From Actinomycetales bacterium (GTDB taxonomy: Bacteria > Actinomycetota > Actinomycetes > Actinomycetales > CAVURS01): 64,000 nt of DNA. Both the position numbers and the translations under genes were made by a program. The first letter of the stretch is position 1. Each line of letters opens with the position of its first letter. Below, piece after piece: positions 38,530 through 49,837 of this stretch. The notes under the pieces were generated by a model that worked only from the letters and a program-made list of their open reading frames with translations, made no database searches and was not told where the DNA came from. The stretch covers positions 1-64,000 of the forward strand of contig JBJMHS010000078.1 of assembly GCA_045807245.1 (NCBI GenBank), in the 5' to 3' direction.

Positions 38530-40008
38530 TCAGGGCAACGCCGGCAGTGCAGCAGCGCGCGACTGCCCGCCCTCGGTCCAGCGGACCTCGGCCGAGCCGG
38601 AGTGGAGGTCGGCCGTCAGCTCCGCCCGCTCGTCGCCCTCCACCCAGCTCAACACCAGCCGGCCGCCCGAGCCACTCGATGCGAACTCCCCCGCGAACGC
38701 CGGATGCGTGTTGCGGAACCGGATGAGCCGGCACAACGCCTGGACGACAGGGCGGGTGAGCTCCACCTCGATCTCGGCCGGGGTGTAGTCGTGCCGGTTG
38801 ACGTCCCGCCCGACACCGGTCCGGGCCAGCAGGTCCATGTCGTTCGACCCGGCCAGCAGACCCACGTAGTAGACCTGCGGCGTACCCGGGGTCCAGAACT
38901 GGATCGCCCGCGCCAGCAGGTAGCGGTCGTCGTCCTGGCCGAGCGCGTCGTAGAACGTGCAGTTGACCTGGTACACGTCGAGGTTCGACGCGCGCGCCCC
39001 GGTAGCCGCGCGCGACGTACCGCCGCTGTTGTCGTGCATCGTGTCGACCAGGCGGGACACCTGCTGGTCACTGAGCAGCCCGGCCCGGCTGCGGTCGGCC
39101 GGGTCCGCGGCGACGTCGACCACACCGATCCCGTCGTGCGTGTCCAGGACCGTCACGGCGTTGGCCGGCCGGATCGCCAGCCAGGCCAACAGCGGGTCGG
39201 CATCGGCCTGGCTCAGCGCATGCAGGACGAGCGGCGGCAGCGCGAAGTCATAGACGTAGTCGACCTGCCGGGCGATCTCGACCTGCTGCTTGTAGTAGCT
39301 GTGCACCTCGACCAGGACCGAGAGCCCGCGCTCCCGGCACCATTCGCTCACCTCGTCGATGAACGCGAACGTGTCCGGCGTCATGAACGACGTGAGCCCC
39401 GGCGTCTTGACCGCGTAGCCGACGGCGTCCAGGCGAGCCTGGGTGACGCCGGCCGACGCGAGCTGGTCGAGCACATGCCGCAGGTACGACCGGGTCTTGT
39501 CCGAGCGCACGTCGAGGTCGACCTGCTGCGGGGTGAACGTCGTCCAGACCAGTCGCCGCGTCCCGTCGGCCATCGTGTACGGCGTGAACGGCAGCCCAGG
39601 GCGCGGGCGGTAGAGCCGCGTCAGCGCGTCCTCGGTCGCCCCTTGCGGGAACGCCCCGGCGAACGTCAGGAACATGCCGTCGGCATCGGAGGCGGCCCCG
39701 CGCGCCAGCCAGTCGACGAACTGCGGTGAGCTGGACGAGACGTGGTTCACGATGACGTCGGCCATCACGTCGACACCGCCCGCGAGTGCGCCGACGTCGG
39801 ACCAGGTGCCGAGGCGAGGGTCGACCTGGGTGTGGTCCTGAGGGTCGAAGCCCGCGTCCGCACCGTCGTACGGGACGAAGAACGGCAACACATGAACGCT
39901 GCCGAACAGGCCGGCGAACGGCCCGTCGAGCAGCGCGCGCAGACCGCGGATGTCACCGCCGAAGCGGTCGGCGTACGCGATCAGGCCGACGGCCGGACGG
40001 GTTGCCAT
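38530..40008 (-). CDS. gtfA: Sucrose phosphorylase (GH13_18)
   Basis: LIAYADR, DAGFDP, RLDAVGY, EVHSY, LDTHDGIG, YQVNCTFY, GRDVNRH. Confidence 0.9.
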   Translation of the reverse strand: MATRPAVGLIAYADRFGGDIRGLRALLDGPFAGLFGSVHVLPFFVPYDGADAGFDPQDHTQVDPRLGTWSDVGALAGGVDVMADVIVNHVSSSSPQFVDWLARGAASDADGMFLTFAGAFPQGATEDALTRLYRPRPGLPFTPYTMADGTRRLVWTTFTPQQVDLDVRSDKTRSYLRHVLDQLASAGVTQARLDAVGYAVKTPGLTSFMTPDTFAFIDEVSEWCRERGLSVLVEVHSYYKQQVEIARQVDYVYDFALPPLVLHALSQADADPLLAWLAIRPANAVTVLDTHDGIGVVDVAADPADRSRAGLLSDQQVSRLVDTMHDNSGGTSRAATGARASNLDVYQVNCTFYDALGQDDDRYLLARAIQFWTPGTPQVYYVGLLAGSNDMDLLARTGVGRDVNRHDYTPAEIEVELTRPVVQALCRLIRFRNTHPAFAGEFASSGSGGRLVLSWVEGDERAELTADLHSGSAEVRWTEGGQSRAAALPALP

Positions 40009-40025
40009 GGACCCATCGTGGCCGC

Positions 40026-40898
40026 TCAGCGCTGGTAGCCGGCCATCGACTCGAGCCGGTAGATGCGGTCGGCCATGGGCGGGTGGGTCGAGAACAGCTT
40101 GGAGACGCCGCCGGTCGTGAACGGGTTCGCGATCATCAGGTGGCTGGTGTTGACCAGCTCTCGCGCCGGCGGGAGCGGTCGCGCGGCCACACCCGCCTCC
40201 AGCTTGCGCAGCGCCGACGCCAGGGCGAGCGGGTCGCCCGTGAGCCGGGAGCCGTCCTCGTCCGCGTCGTACTCACGGGTCCGGCTGATCGCCAGCTGGA
40301 TCAGCGTCGCAGCCACCGGCGCGAGCAGGGTCATCGCCAGGAGGGCGATCGGGTTCGGCCGGTCGTCGTCGTCGCTGCCGCCGCCGAAGAAGGACATGAA
40401 CATCGCCAGCTGGGCGATCGAGGTGATGACGCCCGCGATGGCGGCCGCGATGGACGACGTCAGGATGTCGCGGTTGTAGACGTGCATGAGCTCGTGGCCG
40501 AGCACGCCGCGCAGCTCACGCTCGTCGAGCAGCTGCAGGATGCCCTCGGTGCAGCACACGGCCGCGTTGCTCGGGTTGCGTCCGGTGGCGAACGCGTTGG
40601 GCGCGTCGGTCGGCGAGACGTAGAGGCGTGGCATCGGCTGGTGCGACTTCGTCGACAGCTCGCGCACGATCCGGTACATCGCCGGCTGCTCGGCCTCACT
40701 GACCGGGCGGGCGCGCATCGCCCGGATCGCGATCTTGTCGCTGTTCCAGTAGCCGTAGGCCGTCGTGGCCAGGCCGACGAGGGCGAACAGCCAGATGAAC
40801 CTGCCGCCGGCGACCAGGGCGCCGATGCCCAGCAGCAGCACCCAGATCGACGCGAACAGCAGCGTCGTCTTCAGCCCGTTGTAGTGACGGTGTTGCAT
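40026..40898 (-). CDS. htpX: Zinc metalloprotease HtpX
   Basis: [30 protein letters not shown]. Confidence 0.95.
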   Translation of the reverse strand: MQHRHYNGLKTTLLFASIWVLLLGIGALVAGGRFIWLFALVGLATTAYGYWNSDKIAIRAMRARPVSEAEQPAMYRIVRELSTKSHQPMPRLYVSPTDAPNAFATGRNPSNAAVCCTEGILQLLDERELRGVLGHELMHVYNRDILTSSIAAAIAGVITSIAQLAMFMSFFGGGSDDDDRPNPIALLAMTLLAPVAATLIQLAISRTREYDADEDGSRLTGDPLALASALRKLEAGVAARPLPPARELVNTSHLMIANPFTTGGVSKLFSTHPPMADRIYRLESMAGYQR

Positions 40899-41021
40899 GG
40901 TGGTCTGGATCTCCTGCGGTCGTTCGGTCACTGGGTACTCGGGTAACGCTGGAGTAAAAGCCGATCGTTCCCGACCAGGCGTCCCCGCGACCGGTTCACA
41001 GCCAACTCACAGGGCCGGACG

Positions 41022-42551
41022 TCACAGACCCGTCGTCAGTACGGCGACCAGCTGGGGTGCGACGGACAGCACGACGGCCGCGACGCCGGCGGTGACCAGC
41101 GCCGCCAGCTCCGGCCCGGACGCCCGGGTTGTTCCCGTTTGCACCTCGACCGGCCGGGGGTCGGCGATCTCGTCGGCGGACTCCACGCCGGCCAGCAGCA
41201 GCACGCCCCAGCGCAGGTACACGGCGATACCGAGCGCCACGTTCACCACGGCCACCCCGGCGAGCAGCCAGAACCCGCCGGCGACGACCGGGCGCAGGGC
41301 CAGGACCTTGGCCACCAGCCCGACGACTCCGGGGGGGAGTCCGGCCAGCGCGACCAACGCGAAGGCGAGCGCGGCGCCGAGGACGGGGCGGCGACGAGCC
41401 AGCCCGACATACGCCGTGAGCTGATGCGCCTCGCCGTCCGCGGCCGACCGGCTCACCACCGCCACGACGGCGAAGGCGAGCAGAGAGGCGACGATGTACG
41501 CCGCGAGGTAGGCGATCGCCGCACCCGCGGCTGGTCCAGCCTGCCGGCCGCTGCCGCCCGCGCCGGCCAACGGCAGGATGACCCAGCCCGCCTGGGCCAC
41601 TGTGCTCCAGGCGAGCAGGCGGACGGCACCTGTCTGGCGCAGGGCCACCAGGTTGCCGACGGTCATGGTCAGTCCGGCCAGGACGGCGAGCACCTGGGTC
41701 CAGGTGCTGCCGAGCAGCGGCGCCCCAGCGGCCAGGACAACGACGAGGGCGGCCAGCCCGGCCGCCTTGGACACGGCGGCGAGGAACGCCGCGACGGGCA
41801 GCGGGGCACCGGCGTACGTGTCGGGCGTCCACAGCTGGAACGGCACGACGGACACCTTGAAGGCGATGCCTACGACGGCCAGCACGACGCCGAGACCGGC
41901 CAGGGCGCGCGCGTCCGGCGCGAGCGGCGCCAGCGGTCCCTGCGCGCCGAGCGGTCCGAGATAGATCGTGCCGGAAGCGGCGTACAGCATCGCGATCCCG
42001 AGCACCAGGAGGGCGACCGACACGACCGACGTCAACAGGAGCTTGATGGCCGCCTCGGCGCCGCGGCCGTCGCGACGCAGCGCGACCAGCCCGACGACCG
42101 GCAGCGACGCCGTCTCCAAGGAGACGAGAACCGTTGCCAGGTCACGGGATCCGGCGACGGCGACGGCACCCGCGGTCGCGGCGAGGAGGAGGAGGTGATG
42201 CTCGGCCCGCGGCGGCTGCACCCGCTGCCCGATCGCCAGCAGGAGGCACACGGCGGCGGCCAGCAGGATGACCAGCTGGAGCCCGGTCGTGACCGGCTCG
42301 GCGGCGTAGGAACAGCCCTGCGGGTCACCCGTCGTGCAGAAGGTGCCGCGCTCGTCTCCCGCGAGCCCGATGGTGGCCAGGATGCCGACGAGGAGCCCCG
42401 CACCGGCCACGACGTCGAGCGCGGTCGGTCCCGTGGCGGCCAGGACGGCGCGCGGCAGCACGGCATCCAGCACCAGGACCAGCACCGCCGCGACCGCCGG
42501 GGCGAGGACCGGGGTGATCAGGGCCCAGTCGACGTGCTGGACGCCGTTCAC
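41022..42551 (-). CDS. nuoN: NADH-quinone oxidoreductase subunit N (second set)
   Basis: FKVSVVPFQLWTPDTYAGAP, RLLAWS, GLPPG. Confidence 0.9.
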   Translation of the reverse strand: MNGVQHVDWALITPVLAPAVAAVLVLVLDAVLPRAVLAATGPTALDVVAGAGLLVGILATIGLAGDERGTFCTTGDPQGCSYAAEPVTTGLQLVILLAAAVCLLLAIGQRVQPPRAEHHLLLLAATAGAVAVAGSRDLATVLVSLETASLPVVGLVALRRDGRGAEAAIKLLLTSVVSVALLVLGIAMLYAASGTIYLGPLGAQGPLAPLAPDARALAGLGVVLAVVGIAFKVSVVPFQLWTPDTYAGAPLPVAAFLAAVSKAAGLAALVVVLAAGAPLLGSTWTQVLAVLAGLTMTVGNLVALRQTGAVRLLAWSTVAQAGWVILPLAGAGGSGRQAGPAAGAAIAYLAAYIVASLLAFAVVAVVSRSAADGEAHQLTAYVGLARRRPVLGAALAFALVALAGLPPGVVGLVAKVLALRPVVAGGFWLLAGVAVVNVALGIAVYLRWGVLLLAGVESADEIADPRPVEVQTGTTRASGPELAALVTAGVAAVVLSVAPQLVAVLTTGL

Positions 42552-44143
42552 ACGACCCCCCGGCCCAGGCCGAGCAGCAGGTCGACGGCCGGCGCGGTGA
42601 GGTCCAGCAGCAGCCACGGCAGCAGGCCGAGGGCCGCCGTCGCCAGGACCAGCGGCATGGTGACGGCGAGCTCGACACCCGAGGCGTCGGAGGCGTCCGG
42701 CGGACCGGCCGGCTCGAGGTCCCCGGCGGCGCGCTCGACCGGGTCGCCGTGCCAGAGGCGGTAGAGCACCCGCAACAGGTAGGCGGCGGCGAGCGCCGTC
42801 CCGACGACGGTCAGCACAGCCACGGCGCGCATCACCCCGAGCGGGCGGTCGTCGGCCGGCTGCCAGGCGCCGTACGCCGAGAGGATCTCGCCCCAGAAGC
42901 CGGCCAGCCCGGGCAGGCCCAGCCCGGCGACGCAACCGAAGGCCAGCAGCCAGCCCAGGCGCGGGCTCCGGTCACGCAGCGCCGAGCCGATGGACGCCAT
43001 CGACGAACCGCCGGACCGCTCCTTCAGGGCGCCCGCGACCAGGAAGAGCAGCCCGGTCACCAGGCCGTGGGCCACATTCGCGAACAGCGCTCCCTGCAGT
43101 CCCTGCGGGCTGCCGGACGCGATGCCGACCGCGACGAAGCCCATGTGGGCCACCGAGGAGTAGGCCACGAGACGCTTGAGGTCGCGCTCGACCAGACAGG
43201 CCAGGCCTCCCCAGAGGATGCCGACGACGCCGAGCCCCGCCAGGTACGGCGAGACGACCGAGAACCCTTGCGGCACAACGGGTACCACCAGACGGACCAG
43301 GCCGTACGTGCCTAGCTTGAGCAGTACGCCGGCCAGCAGCACCGAGCCCGCCGTCGGAGCCACTGTGTGCGCCGGTGGCAGCCATGTGTGCAGGGGCCAG
43401 ACCGGCACCTTGACCATCAGGCCGACGACCATGACCGCCGCGGCCGTCACCTGCACGCCGCGCGCGATGCCGTCACCGTGCGCGTTCGTCAGGGCGACGA
43501 TGTCGGTCGTCCCAGCGGTCACGGCGACGAGCAGGATCCCCAGGAGCAGCAGCGTCGAGCCCAGCGCGGTGAACAGGACGAACCGCAGGCCGGCGTCGCG
43601 GCGGGCCGCCGGGTCGTGGTCGTCGCCCCAGAACCGGATGATCGCCCACATCGGCACGAGCACGACCTCGAACGCCACGAACCAGAGCAGCAGGTCGAGC
43701 GCCAGGAAGGTCCCGAGGGCCCCGGCCTCGACGGCGAGGATGCAGCCCAGCAGCTGCCGCAGACCCGGATGGCGGGCGGGCAGGGAACGCTGCGACAGCT
43801 GCAGCTGGAGGCAGACCAGGCTGGTCAGGCCGGCCGTCAGCAGCACCAGAGGCGCGCTGATCCCGTCCAGGCCCAGGTGGAAGCGCAGGCCCAGGGCGGG
43901 CACCCAGCGCAGGTCGAGCTCGGCGGCCGGACGCGCGGTGGCCCACGGCTTGGCCGAGAGAGCCAGCACGGCGAGCACCGCGGTCACGCCGGACACGGCC
44001 GTTGCGAACGGGGCGGCCGCCGCTTCGATCGAGGTGCGTGCAGCCGGTGCCGCCGCACCGGTGCCGGCGAGCCGTCCGGAGCCGAGCAAGGCCAGCGCTC
44101 CGAGCATGGGTACGACGACCAGCAGCAACAGCACGAGGCTCAT
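42548..44143 (-). CDS. nuoM: NADH-quinone oxidoreductase subunit M
   Basis: GLDGIS, FEVVLVP, PLHTWLPPAH, KLGTYG, DLKRLVAYSSVAHMG. Confidence 0.92.
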   Translation of the reverse strand: MSLVLLLLVVVPMLGALALLGSGRLAGTGAAAPAARTSIEAAAAPFATAVSGVTAVLAVLALSAKPWATARPAAELDLRWVPALGLRFHLGLDGISAPLVLLTAGLTSLVCLQLQLSQRSLPARHPGLRQLLGCILAVEAGALGTFLALDLLLWFVAFEVVLVPMWAIIRFWGDDHDPAARRDAGLRFVLFTALGSTLLLLGILLVAVTAGTTDIVALTNAHGDGIARGVQVTAAAVMVVGLMVKVPVWPLHTWLPPAHTVAPTAGSVLLAGVLLKLGTYGLVRLVVPVVPQGFSVVSPYLAGLGVVGILWGGLACLVERDLKRLVAYSSVAHMGFVAVGIASGSPQGLQGALFANVAHGLVTGLLFLVAGALKERSGGSSMASIGSALRDRSPRLGWLLAFGCVAGLGLPGLAGFWGEILSAYGAWQPADDRPLGVMRAVAVLTVVGTALAAAYLLRVLYRLWHGDPVERAAGDLEPAGPPDASDASGVELAVTMPLVLATAALGLLPWLLLDLTAPAVDLLLGLGRGVV

Positions 44144-46053
44144 CGCAGGCTCACCCCCGCGATGCCGGCCACCACGACGCCGGCGGCCAGCCACGTGAGG
44201 TACGACGTGGCCACTCCGGTCTGGGCCCGCCGCAGGAGCACGCCGCCCCAACGGGTCACGGTCGCCGAGCCCCGGGCGTACGCATCCACCACGTCGCGGT
44301 CGCCGCCCACGACGACCTCTGCGAGCCGGCGCACCGGTCGGACCACCAGGCGATGCTGCAGTGCGTCGATGCCGAAACCGTTGAGCAGCAACGTCTGCAG
44401 CCGTCGTGGCACCACCGCCAGAGGGTCCCGCTCGGGCGAGCGCTGGGCCCAGCGGACCACGACGACGACGGCGCCGGCTTCGAGCAACAGCGTGACGACG
44501 AGGGTCAGCACGGACACCGGCAGCTGGCCCGGGATCAGCGAGCCCACCTGGGCCAGGCCGCCGACGACGGTCGCGACGGCCAGGACGACGACCGGCCAGC
44601 GCATGGCGTCGGCCACGGACGGCCGGGGTCCCTCCATCTCGACGTCGGTCGCGGTGTCTTCGGCCAGCTCGGCGGCGCTGGCCGCCTCGATGACCGGATG
44701 GGCCGGTACGACGAGCAGGAACGCGCGCGTCGCATAGGCGGCCGTGACCGCGCTGGTGACGACCCCCACCAGCAGGACCAGCCAGCCGGCGACGCGCACG
44801 TCACCGTGCCGGGCCGCGTGCTCGGCCGCCCCCAGGACGGCTTCCTTCGACCAGAACCCGGACAGGGGCGGCACGCCGGCCAGGCCGGCCAGACCCACCG
44901 TGAAGCAGCCGGCGAGCAGAGGGGCGCGTTGCCAGGCTCCCGCGAGACCGGACAGCAGCGTCGTACCGGCCAGGAAGGCGAACGCGCCCGCGGCGAGGAA
45001 CAGCAGGGCCTTGAACTCCGCGTGCGCGAGCAGGTGGGCGATGCCCGGCCCGGCGCCGGCTCCGCGGGCCGGCGAGACGGACAGCGCGGCCAGCATGTAG
45101 GCGACCTGGCTGATGGTCGAGTAGGCCAGCAACCGCTTGAGGTCGGCCTGGCCGAAGGCCGCCAAGGCGGCGCCGAGCATCGTGACGCAGGCGATGACCG
45201 CAAGCACATCCCGGGCAGCGGCCGAGTACGCCATGACCGGGAGCAGCCGCGCCACGAGGTAGGCGCCGGCCGCGACCATGGTGGCGGCGTGGATCAGCGC
45301 CGAGACCGGCGTCGGCCCTTCCATCGCGTCGGGCAGCCAGGTGTGGAGCGGGAACTGGGCCGACTTGCCGACCACACCGGCCAGCAGCAGGAGCAGCCCC
45401 AGCGGCCACACCCAGCCGTCGACACCCGCGCGCGTTGCCGGGTCGAGCAGCCGGGTGATGCTCGAGGTGTGGGTCCCGGCCACCAGCACGATGACACCGA
45501 GAACGAACCCAAGGTCACCGACCCTTGTCACCAGGAAAGCTTTGACCGCCGCGCGACGGGCGGCCAGCCTTTCGCTGTCGTGGCCGACCAAGAGGTACGA
45601 GCAAAGGCCCATGACCTCCCAGCCGATCAGGAGCAGGAACAGGTTGTCGGCCTGGACCACGAGCATCATGGCCGCGCTGAACAGCGAGACCTCCGCGGCG
45701 TACGCCGGGTACCGGCGGTCATCGGCGAGGTACGCGGTGGAGTACGCCTGCACGCACAACGCGACCAGCGCGACCGCGACGGCGACGAGCGCCGAGAGGC
45801 GGTCACCGCGCAGGTCGAGGCTGAACGCACCTGCGCCCGACTGCGCGGTGCCGAGCAGGCTGATCCCCGAGCGGCTGCGGCCGTCGTGCGTGGCGAGCAG
45901 CTCGACCACCGCCACGACGAGAGTGGCCCCCGCGGTACCGACGGCGATGGCCGCAGCCAGCCGACGCGAGCCTCGCGGCACCAGCAGCCCGATGACCGCC
46001 GCCAGGGCCGGCAGCACCACGACCAGCCGCGCGGTCCACAGCAACGCGTTCAT
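44140..46053 (-). CDS. nuoL: NADH-quinone oxidoreductase subunit L
   Basis: GWEVMGLCSY, KSAQFPLHTWLPDAMEGPTPVSALIHAATMV. Confidence 0.95.
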   Translation of the reverse strand: MNALLWTARLVVVLPALAAVIGLLVPRGSRRLAAAIAVGTAGATLVVAVVELLATHDGRSRSGISLLGTAQSGAGAFSLDLRGDRLSALVAVAVALVALCVQAYSTAYLADDRRYPAYAAEVSLFSAAMMLVVQADNLFLLLIGWEVMGLCSYLLVGHDSERLAARRAAVKAFLVTRVGDLGFVLGVIVLVAGTHTSSITRLLDPATRAGVDGWVWPLGLLLLLAGVVGKSAQFPLHTWLPDAMEGPTPVSALIHAATMVAAGAYLVARLLPVMAYSAAARDVLAVIACVTMLGAALAAFGQADLKRLLAYSTISQVAYMLAALSVSPARGAGAGPGIAHLLAHAEFKALLFLAAGAFAFLAGTTLLSGLAGAWQRAPLLAGCFTVGLAGLAGVPPLSGFWSKEAVLGAAEHAARHGDVRVAGWLVLLVGVVTSAVTAAYATRAFLLVVPAHPVIEAASAAELAEDTATDVEMEGPRPSVADAMRWPVVVLAVATVVGGLAQVGSLIPGQLPVSVLTLVVTLLLEAGAVVVVVRWAQRSPERDPLAVVPRRLQTLLLNGFGIDALQHRLVVRPVRRLAEVVVGGDRDVVDAYARGSATVTRWGGVLLRRAQTGVATSYLTWLAAGVVVAGIAGVSLR

Positions 46054-46367
46054 ATGTGCGCCTCGCCCAGCTCGCTGGCCGTCCGCAGGTCGACGTCGCC
46101 CCGGGTGCGGAACAGCAGCAGCACGACCGCGAGCGCGACGCCCACCTCGGCAGCGGCCAGCGTGATGACGAAGACGGTCAGCACCTGACCGGAGTGCAGG
46201 CGGTCAGCGAAGAGCGCATCGGTGGCGACCAGGAGCAGGGTGCCGGCGTTCAGCAGGAGCTCGACCCCGATCAGCACCAGCACCGCGTTGCGCCGGGCCA
46301 GCACGCCGTACACCCCCGTACCGGCCAGCACGGCGACGAGCAGCAGCACGGGCCACAGGTGGATCAC
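46050..46367 (-). CDS. nuoK: NADH-quinone oxidoreductase subunit K
   Basis: RRNAVLVLIGVELLLNA, AAAEVGVALA. Confidence 0.92.
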   Translation of the reverse strand: MIHLWPVLLLVAVLAGTGVYGVLARRNAVLVLIGVELLLNAGTLLLVATDALFADRLHSGQVLTVFVITLAAAEVGVALAVVLLLFRTRGDVDLRTASELGEAHI

Positions 46368-47779
46368 GGTGCGGTCCCCTCGCCCGCCGTCGCCTCCTTG
46401 GCCCCCGCTCCCCTGGCGCGCGCTCCTCTGGCGCGCAGCTCGGCCTCGGCGTCCAGGACGGCCCGGAGGCCGGACAGCACCTCCGGGCCGTGCTTGCGCA
46501 GGCCGTCGTGGTGGTGCTCCCGGTCCTCGACCACCCGGACTCCGGACACCAGCGCGGCCGCCTCCACCGACAGGTCCCACGGCACATACATGTCTTGGGT
46601 GTAGACCTGAGCCGCCACGGGAACCTCGTTGCGGGACAACGCATCGAGGTCGAACAGGGGCCGTTCCCAGACCCGCTCGGCCAGCAGCTCCATCGTCTCG
46701 ACGAACGGCGCCAGCGCGGGCTGTCGAGCGATGGTGTGCCGGTAGATCGCCTCGCCGGTCAGCCCTAGGGGGCCGTCCGGGGCGTCGATCTCGGGAAACT
46801 CCGCGCGGACCCGCTCGGCCGACCATCGGGTCGACTCCCCCGCGTTCAGCCCGCAGCACTCGTGCACCAGCGCGTACAGCGGCGCCACGGCGTACAGGCC
46901 GATCAGCCCGTGGACGCCATGGAGGAACTCCTGCGACAAGCGCGACCCGGCCCAGGCGCTCTCGGTGAGGTACTGCAGGCGGAGCGGCCCGTTCTCCTGG
47001 CCGAGCACGTGGCCGATCTCCTGGAGCCGTGCGACGGTGAGCACCTCTCCGTCCGGGAGCCGCTCCTCGACCCGCTCGAGGTGGTCGGCGACGTCGCGCA
47101 GCACCCAGCGCACGTGCGGGAACTCCGCGTCGAGCTCCGCGGTGCGCGCGCGGACCCGTCGGTACGTCGAGCGGTAGTTGTCGTCGATGTGCCGCCCCAG
47201 CCCCGGGATGCCGCCCACGACGTAGCACTCGGTCAGCGACTGCGGTGCGAAGGACAGGTAGGTGAACGTGCAGAAGCCGCCGAAGGACTGGCCGAGCGTC
47301 GACCAGGGCGAGTCCGCGAGCAGCAGGTGCCGCAGCACCTCGCAGTCCTGGACGATCGAGTCGGCGCGGTACAACGCCAGCATGTCCGCCTGGGCCTGAG
47401 CAGGTCCGAACGCCCGGATCACTTGCGGGTCAAGCGGGTTCGACCGCCCGGTGCCGCGCTGGTCCAGCAGCAGCACGCGATAGCGCTTGGTGGCCCACTG
47501 CACCCACGCCGGACCGGAGTCCGGGCGTGGGGACGATCCGCCGGGACCGCCTTGCAGGAACACCAGATAGGGCAGATCCCGGTCTGCCGTGTCCGGGTCG
47601 CGGAGCTCGCGGGCGTACACCGTCGTCGTGCCCCGGCCGGGGTCCAGATGGTCGAGCGGCACCTCGACGTAGTGGTCGGCGGCGACCAGCCCGTCCAGCC
47701 GGTAGGCCGGGCCGGACTCGTGGCCGGTGGGCGAGGTGAGTCCCGCACCCGCGGGGTGCGCGCGGGTCGGAGCGCTCAT
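46364..47779 (-). CDS. Prolyl aminopeptidase (S33 alpha/beta hydrolase) inserted in the nuo operon
   Basis: VPLDH, LQGGPG, LLDQRGTGRS, RADSIVQDCE, GQSFGG, DMYVP, HDGLR. Confidence 0.88.
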   Translation of the reverse strand: MSAPTRAHPAGAGLTSPTGHESGPAYRLDGLVAADHYVEVPLDHLDPGRGTTTVYARELRDPDTADRDLPYLVFLQGGPGGSSPRPDSGPAWVQWATKRYRVLLLDQRGTGRSNPLDPQVIRAFGPAQAQADMLALYRADSIVQDCEVLRHLLLADSPWSTLGQSFGGFCTFTYLSFAPQSLTECYVVGGIPGLGRHIDDNYRSTYRRVRARTAELDAEFPHVRWVLRDVADHLERVEERLPDGEVLTVARLQEIGHVLGQENGPLRLQYLTESAWAGSRLSQEFLHGVHGLIGLYAVAPLYALVHECCGLNAGESTRWSAERVRAEFPEIDAPDGPLGLTGEAIYRHTIARQPALAPFVETMELLAERVWERPLFDLDALSRNEVPVAAQVYTQDMYVPWDLSVEAAALVSGVRVVEDREHHHDGLRKHGPEVLSGLRAVLDAEAELRARGARARGAGAKEATAGEGTAP

Positions 47780-48315
47780 CCGCCGTCCTCGCTGCGCCCG
47801 GTCACGGTGGACCGCTCGGGTGGCCGGGAGATGGCGAACGCAGCCACGAGCGCCGCGAGGAGCAACAGCGACAGAAGCTCGAACGGCAGGGCCCACGACG
47901 AGAACAGGGAGCGCGCCAGAGGTTGGGCCGTCCCTCGGTCACCCGTCACGCGGACCTGCTCACCGCCGTACGCCGCCAGGAGGGCGCCGCCGACCAGCCC
48001 AGCCGTGGCCAGGCCCGCCACTGCCGCCGAGACCCGTTGCAGCACAGAGTTGTTCACCTCGGAGCTGGATCCGATCGGCGCGCGCGTCAGCATCATGACG
48101 AACAGGACCAGTACGACGACCGCACCCACGTACACCAGGACCTGGACCAGAGCCACCACCTCGGCCCCGAGCAACAGATAGGCGCCGGCCACCGCACCGA
48201 GCGCCACGACCAGCCACAGCGCGGCGTGCACGACCTGCCGCGTCGTGACCGCCAGCACAGCAGCGGCCGCCGCGAGCAGGGCGTCGGCCGACATCAGGAC
48301 GTCGCGGGCGGTCAC
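47776..48315 (-). CDS. nuoJ: NADH-quinone oxidoreductase subunit J
   Basis: [29 protein letters not shown]. Confidence 0.92.
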   Translation of the reverse strand: MTARDVLMSADALLAAAAAVLAVTTRQVVHAALWLVVALGAVAGAYLLLGAEVVALVQVLVYVGAVVVLVLFVMMLTRAPIGSSSEVNNSVLQRVSAAVAGLATAGLVGGALLAAYGGEQVRVTGDRGTAQPLARSLFSSWALPFELLSLLLLAALVAAFAISRPPERSTVTGRSEDGG

Positions 48316-48884
48316 GAGCCCGCCTCGTCCGTCGACTGCGACCCAGCGCGTTCGGCCCGGGCCGGGCGCGCGGGCCGCTCGGCCGCCCCGACCTCCTTCG
48401 GGTCCGGCGCACCGGGGTCCGGAGCCGGAGGCGGCGGGACGGTCGGCATCCACTGGCTGAGCCGGTCCTTCTCGTGCAGCAGGTCGCGGATGTCGGTCTC
48501 GGCGTACTCGAACTCCGGGCTCCAGTGGAGCGCGTCGAAGGGGCAGACCTCGACGCAGATCCCGCAGTACATGCAGAGCGAGAAGTCGATGGCGAACCGG
48601 TCGAGCACGTTCCGCGTCCGTTCGCGGCCACCCGGGGTCGTCGCCGGCAGCGTCTCCTTGTGCGAGTCGATGTAGATGCACCAGTCCGGGCACTCACGCG
48701 CGCACAACATGCACGACGTGCAGTTCTCGTCCAGCAGCGCGATGACCCCGCGGCTGCGCGGGGGCAGGTCGGGCAGGACGTCGGGGTACTCGGCCGTGTG
48801 GCTCGGCCGCGCCAGGGTGCGGGCCGTCACCGCCAGGCCTCTCAACAGTCCGGGCACGCCGGGCAGCCCGGGCCGGCCGGTCAC
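48312..48884 (-). CDS. nuoI: NADH-quinone oxidoreductase subunit I
   Basis: [12 protein letters not shown] and [12 protein letters not shown]. Confidence 0.95.
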   Translation of the reverse strand: MTGRPGLPGVPGLLRGLAVTARTLARPSHTAEYPDVLPDLPPRSRGVIALLDENCTSCMLCARECPDWCIYIDSHKETLPATTPGGRERTRNVLDRFAIDFSLCMYCGICVEVCPFDALHWSPEFEYAETDIRDLLHEKDRLSQWMPTVPPPPAPDPGAPDPKEVGAAERPARPARAERAGSQSTDEAGS

Positions 48885-49837
48885 TGGGCCACCACCACGA
48901 TCGATGTGATGGCCAGCTGGGCCAGAGCGAGTGGCACCAGGACCAGCCAGGCCAGCCTTTGCAGCTGATCCTCACGCAACCTCGGCCAGGCGATCCGCAC
49001 CCAGACGATGCCGACGGCGACGACGGCCGTCTTGGCGAGCATCCAGAGCCACCCGAGCTGGTCGTCGTACGGCCCCTTCCACCCCCCCAGGAACAAGACC
49101 GCGGTCAGCGCCGCGATGAGGACGATGCCGGCGTACTCGGAGAGAAGGAAGAACGCGAACCGGATGCCGGAGTACTCGGTGTAAGGGCCGAACACGATCT
49201 CGGAGTCCGCGACCGGCATGTCGAACGGCGGCCGTTGCAGCTCGGCGACCCCGGCGACGATGAAGCACACGAGGGCGGGCGCCTGCCAGACGAACCACCA
49301 CCATTGCCACTGGACAATGATTCCGGAGAGGTTCAACGTGCCGGCGGCGATGGCGACGCTGCTGGCCGCCAGGACGATCGGCAGCTCGTACGACAGCAGC
49401 TGAGCCGCCGTGCGCAGGCCGCCCAGGAGGGCGAACTTGTTGGCGCTGGACCAGCCGGCCATGAGCGTGCCGAGCACGCCGACCGCACTCGCGGCCAGGA
49501 CGAAGAGCAGGCCGCCGTCCAGGTCGGCCGCGACCCAGCCGTCGGCGAGCGGGATCGCCGTCAGCGCAACGAGATACGGGACCAGCGCGACCGCCGGCGC
49601 GAGCCGGAACACGCGCTGGTCGGCGGCCGCGGGCGTGATGTCTTCCTTCTGGATGAACTTCACGCCGTCCGCCACCAGCTGGGCCCAGCCGTGGAACCCA
49701 CCGGCGTACATCGGGCCGAGCCGGCCTTGCATGTGGGCCATGACCTTGTGCTCGGTCTGGCCGACCAGCAGAGGCAGCACGAGGAAGGCCGCGAGGACGG
49801 ACACGACGCGCACGAGCGCGTCGACGGTCTCACTCAT
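48881..49837 (-). CDS. nuoH: NADH-quinone oxidoreductase subunit H
   Basis: [37 protein letters not shown]. Confidence 0.95.
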   Translation of the reverse strand: MSETVDALVRVVSVLAAFLVLPLLVGQTEHKVMAHMQGRLGPMYAGGFHGWAQLVADGVKFIQKEDITPAAADQRVFRLAPAVALVPYLVALTAIPLADGWVAADLDGGLLFVLAASAVGVLGTLMAGWSSANKFALLGGLRTAAQLLSYELPIVLAASSVAIAAGTLNLSGIIVQWQWWWFVWQAPALVCFIVAGVAELQRPPFDMPVADSEIVFGPYTEYSGIRFAFFLLSEYAGIVLIAALTAVLFLGGWKGPYDDQLGWLWMLAKTAVVAVGIVWVRIAWPRLREDQLQRLAWLVLVPLALAQLAITSIVVVAQ

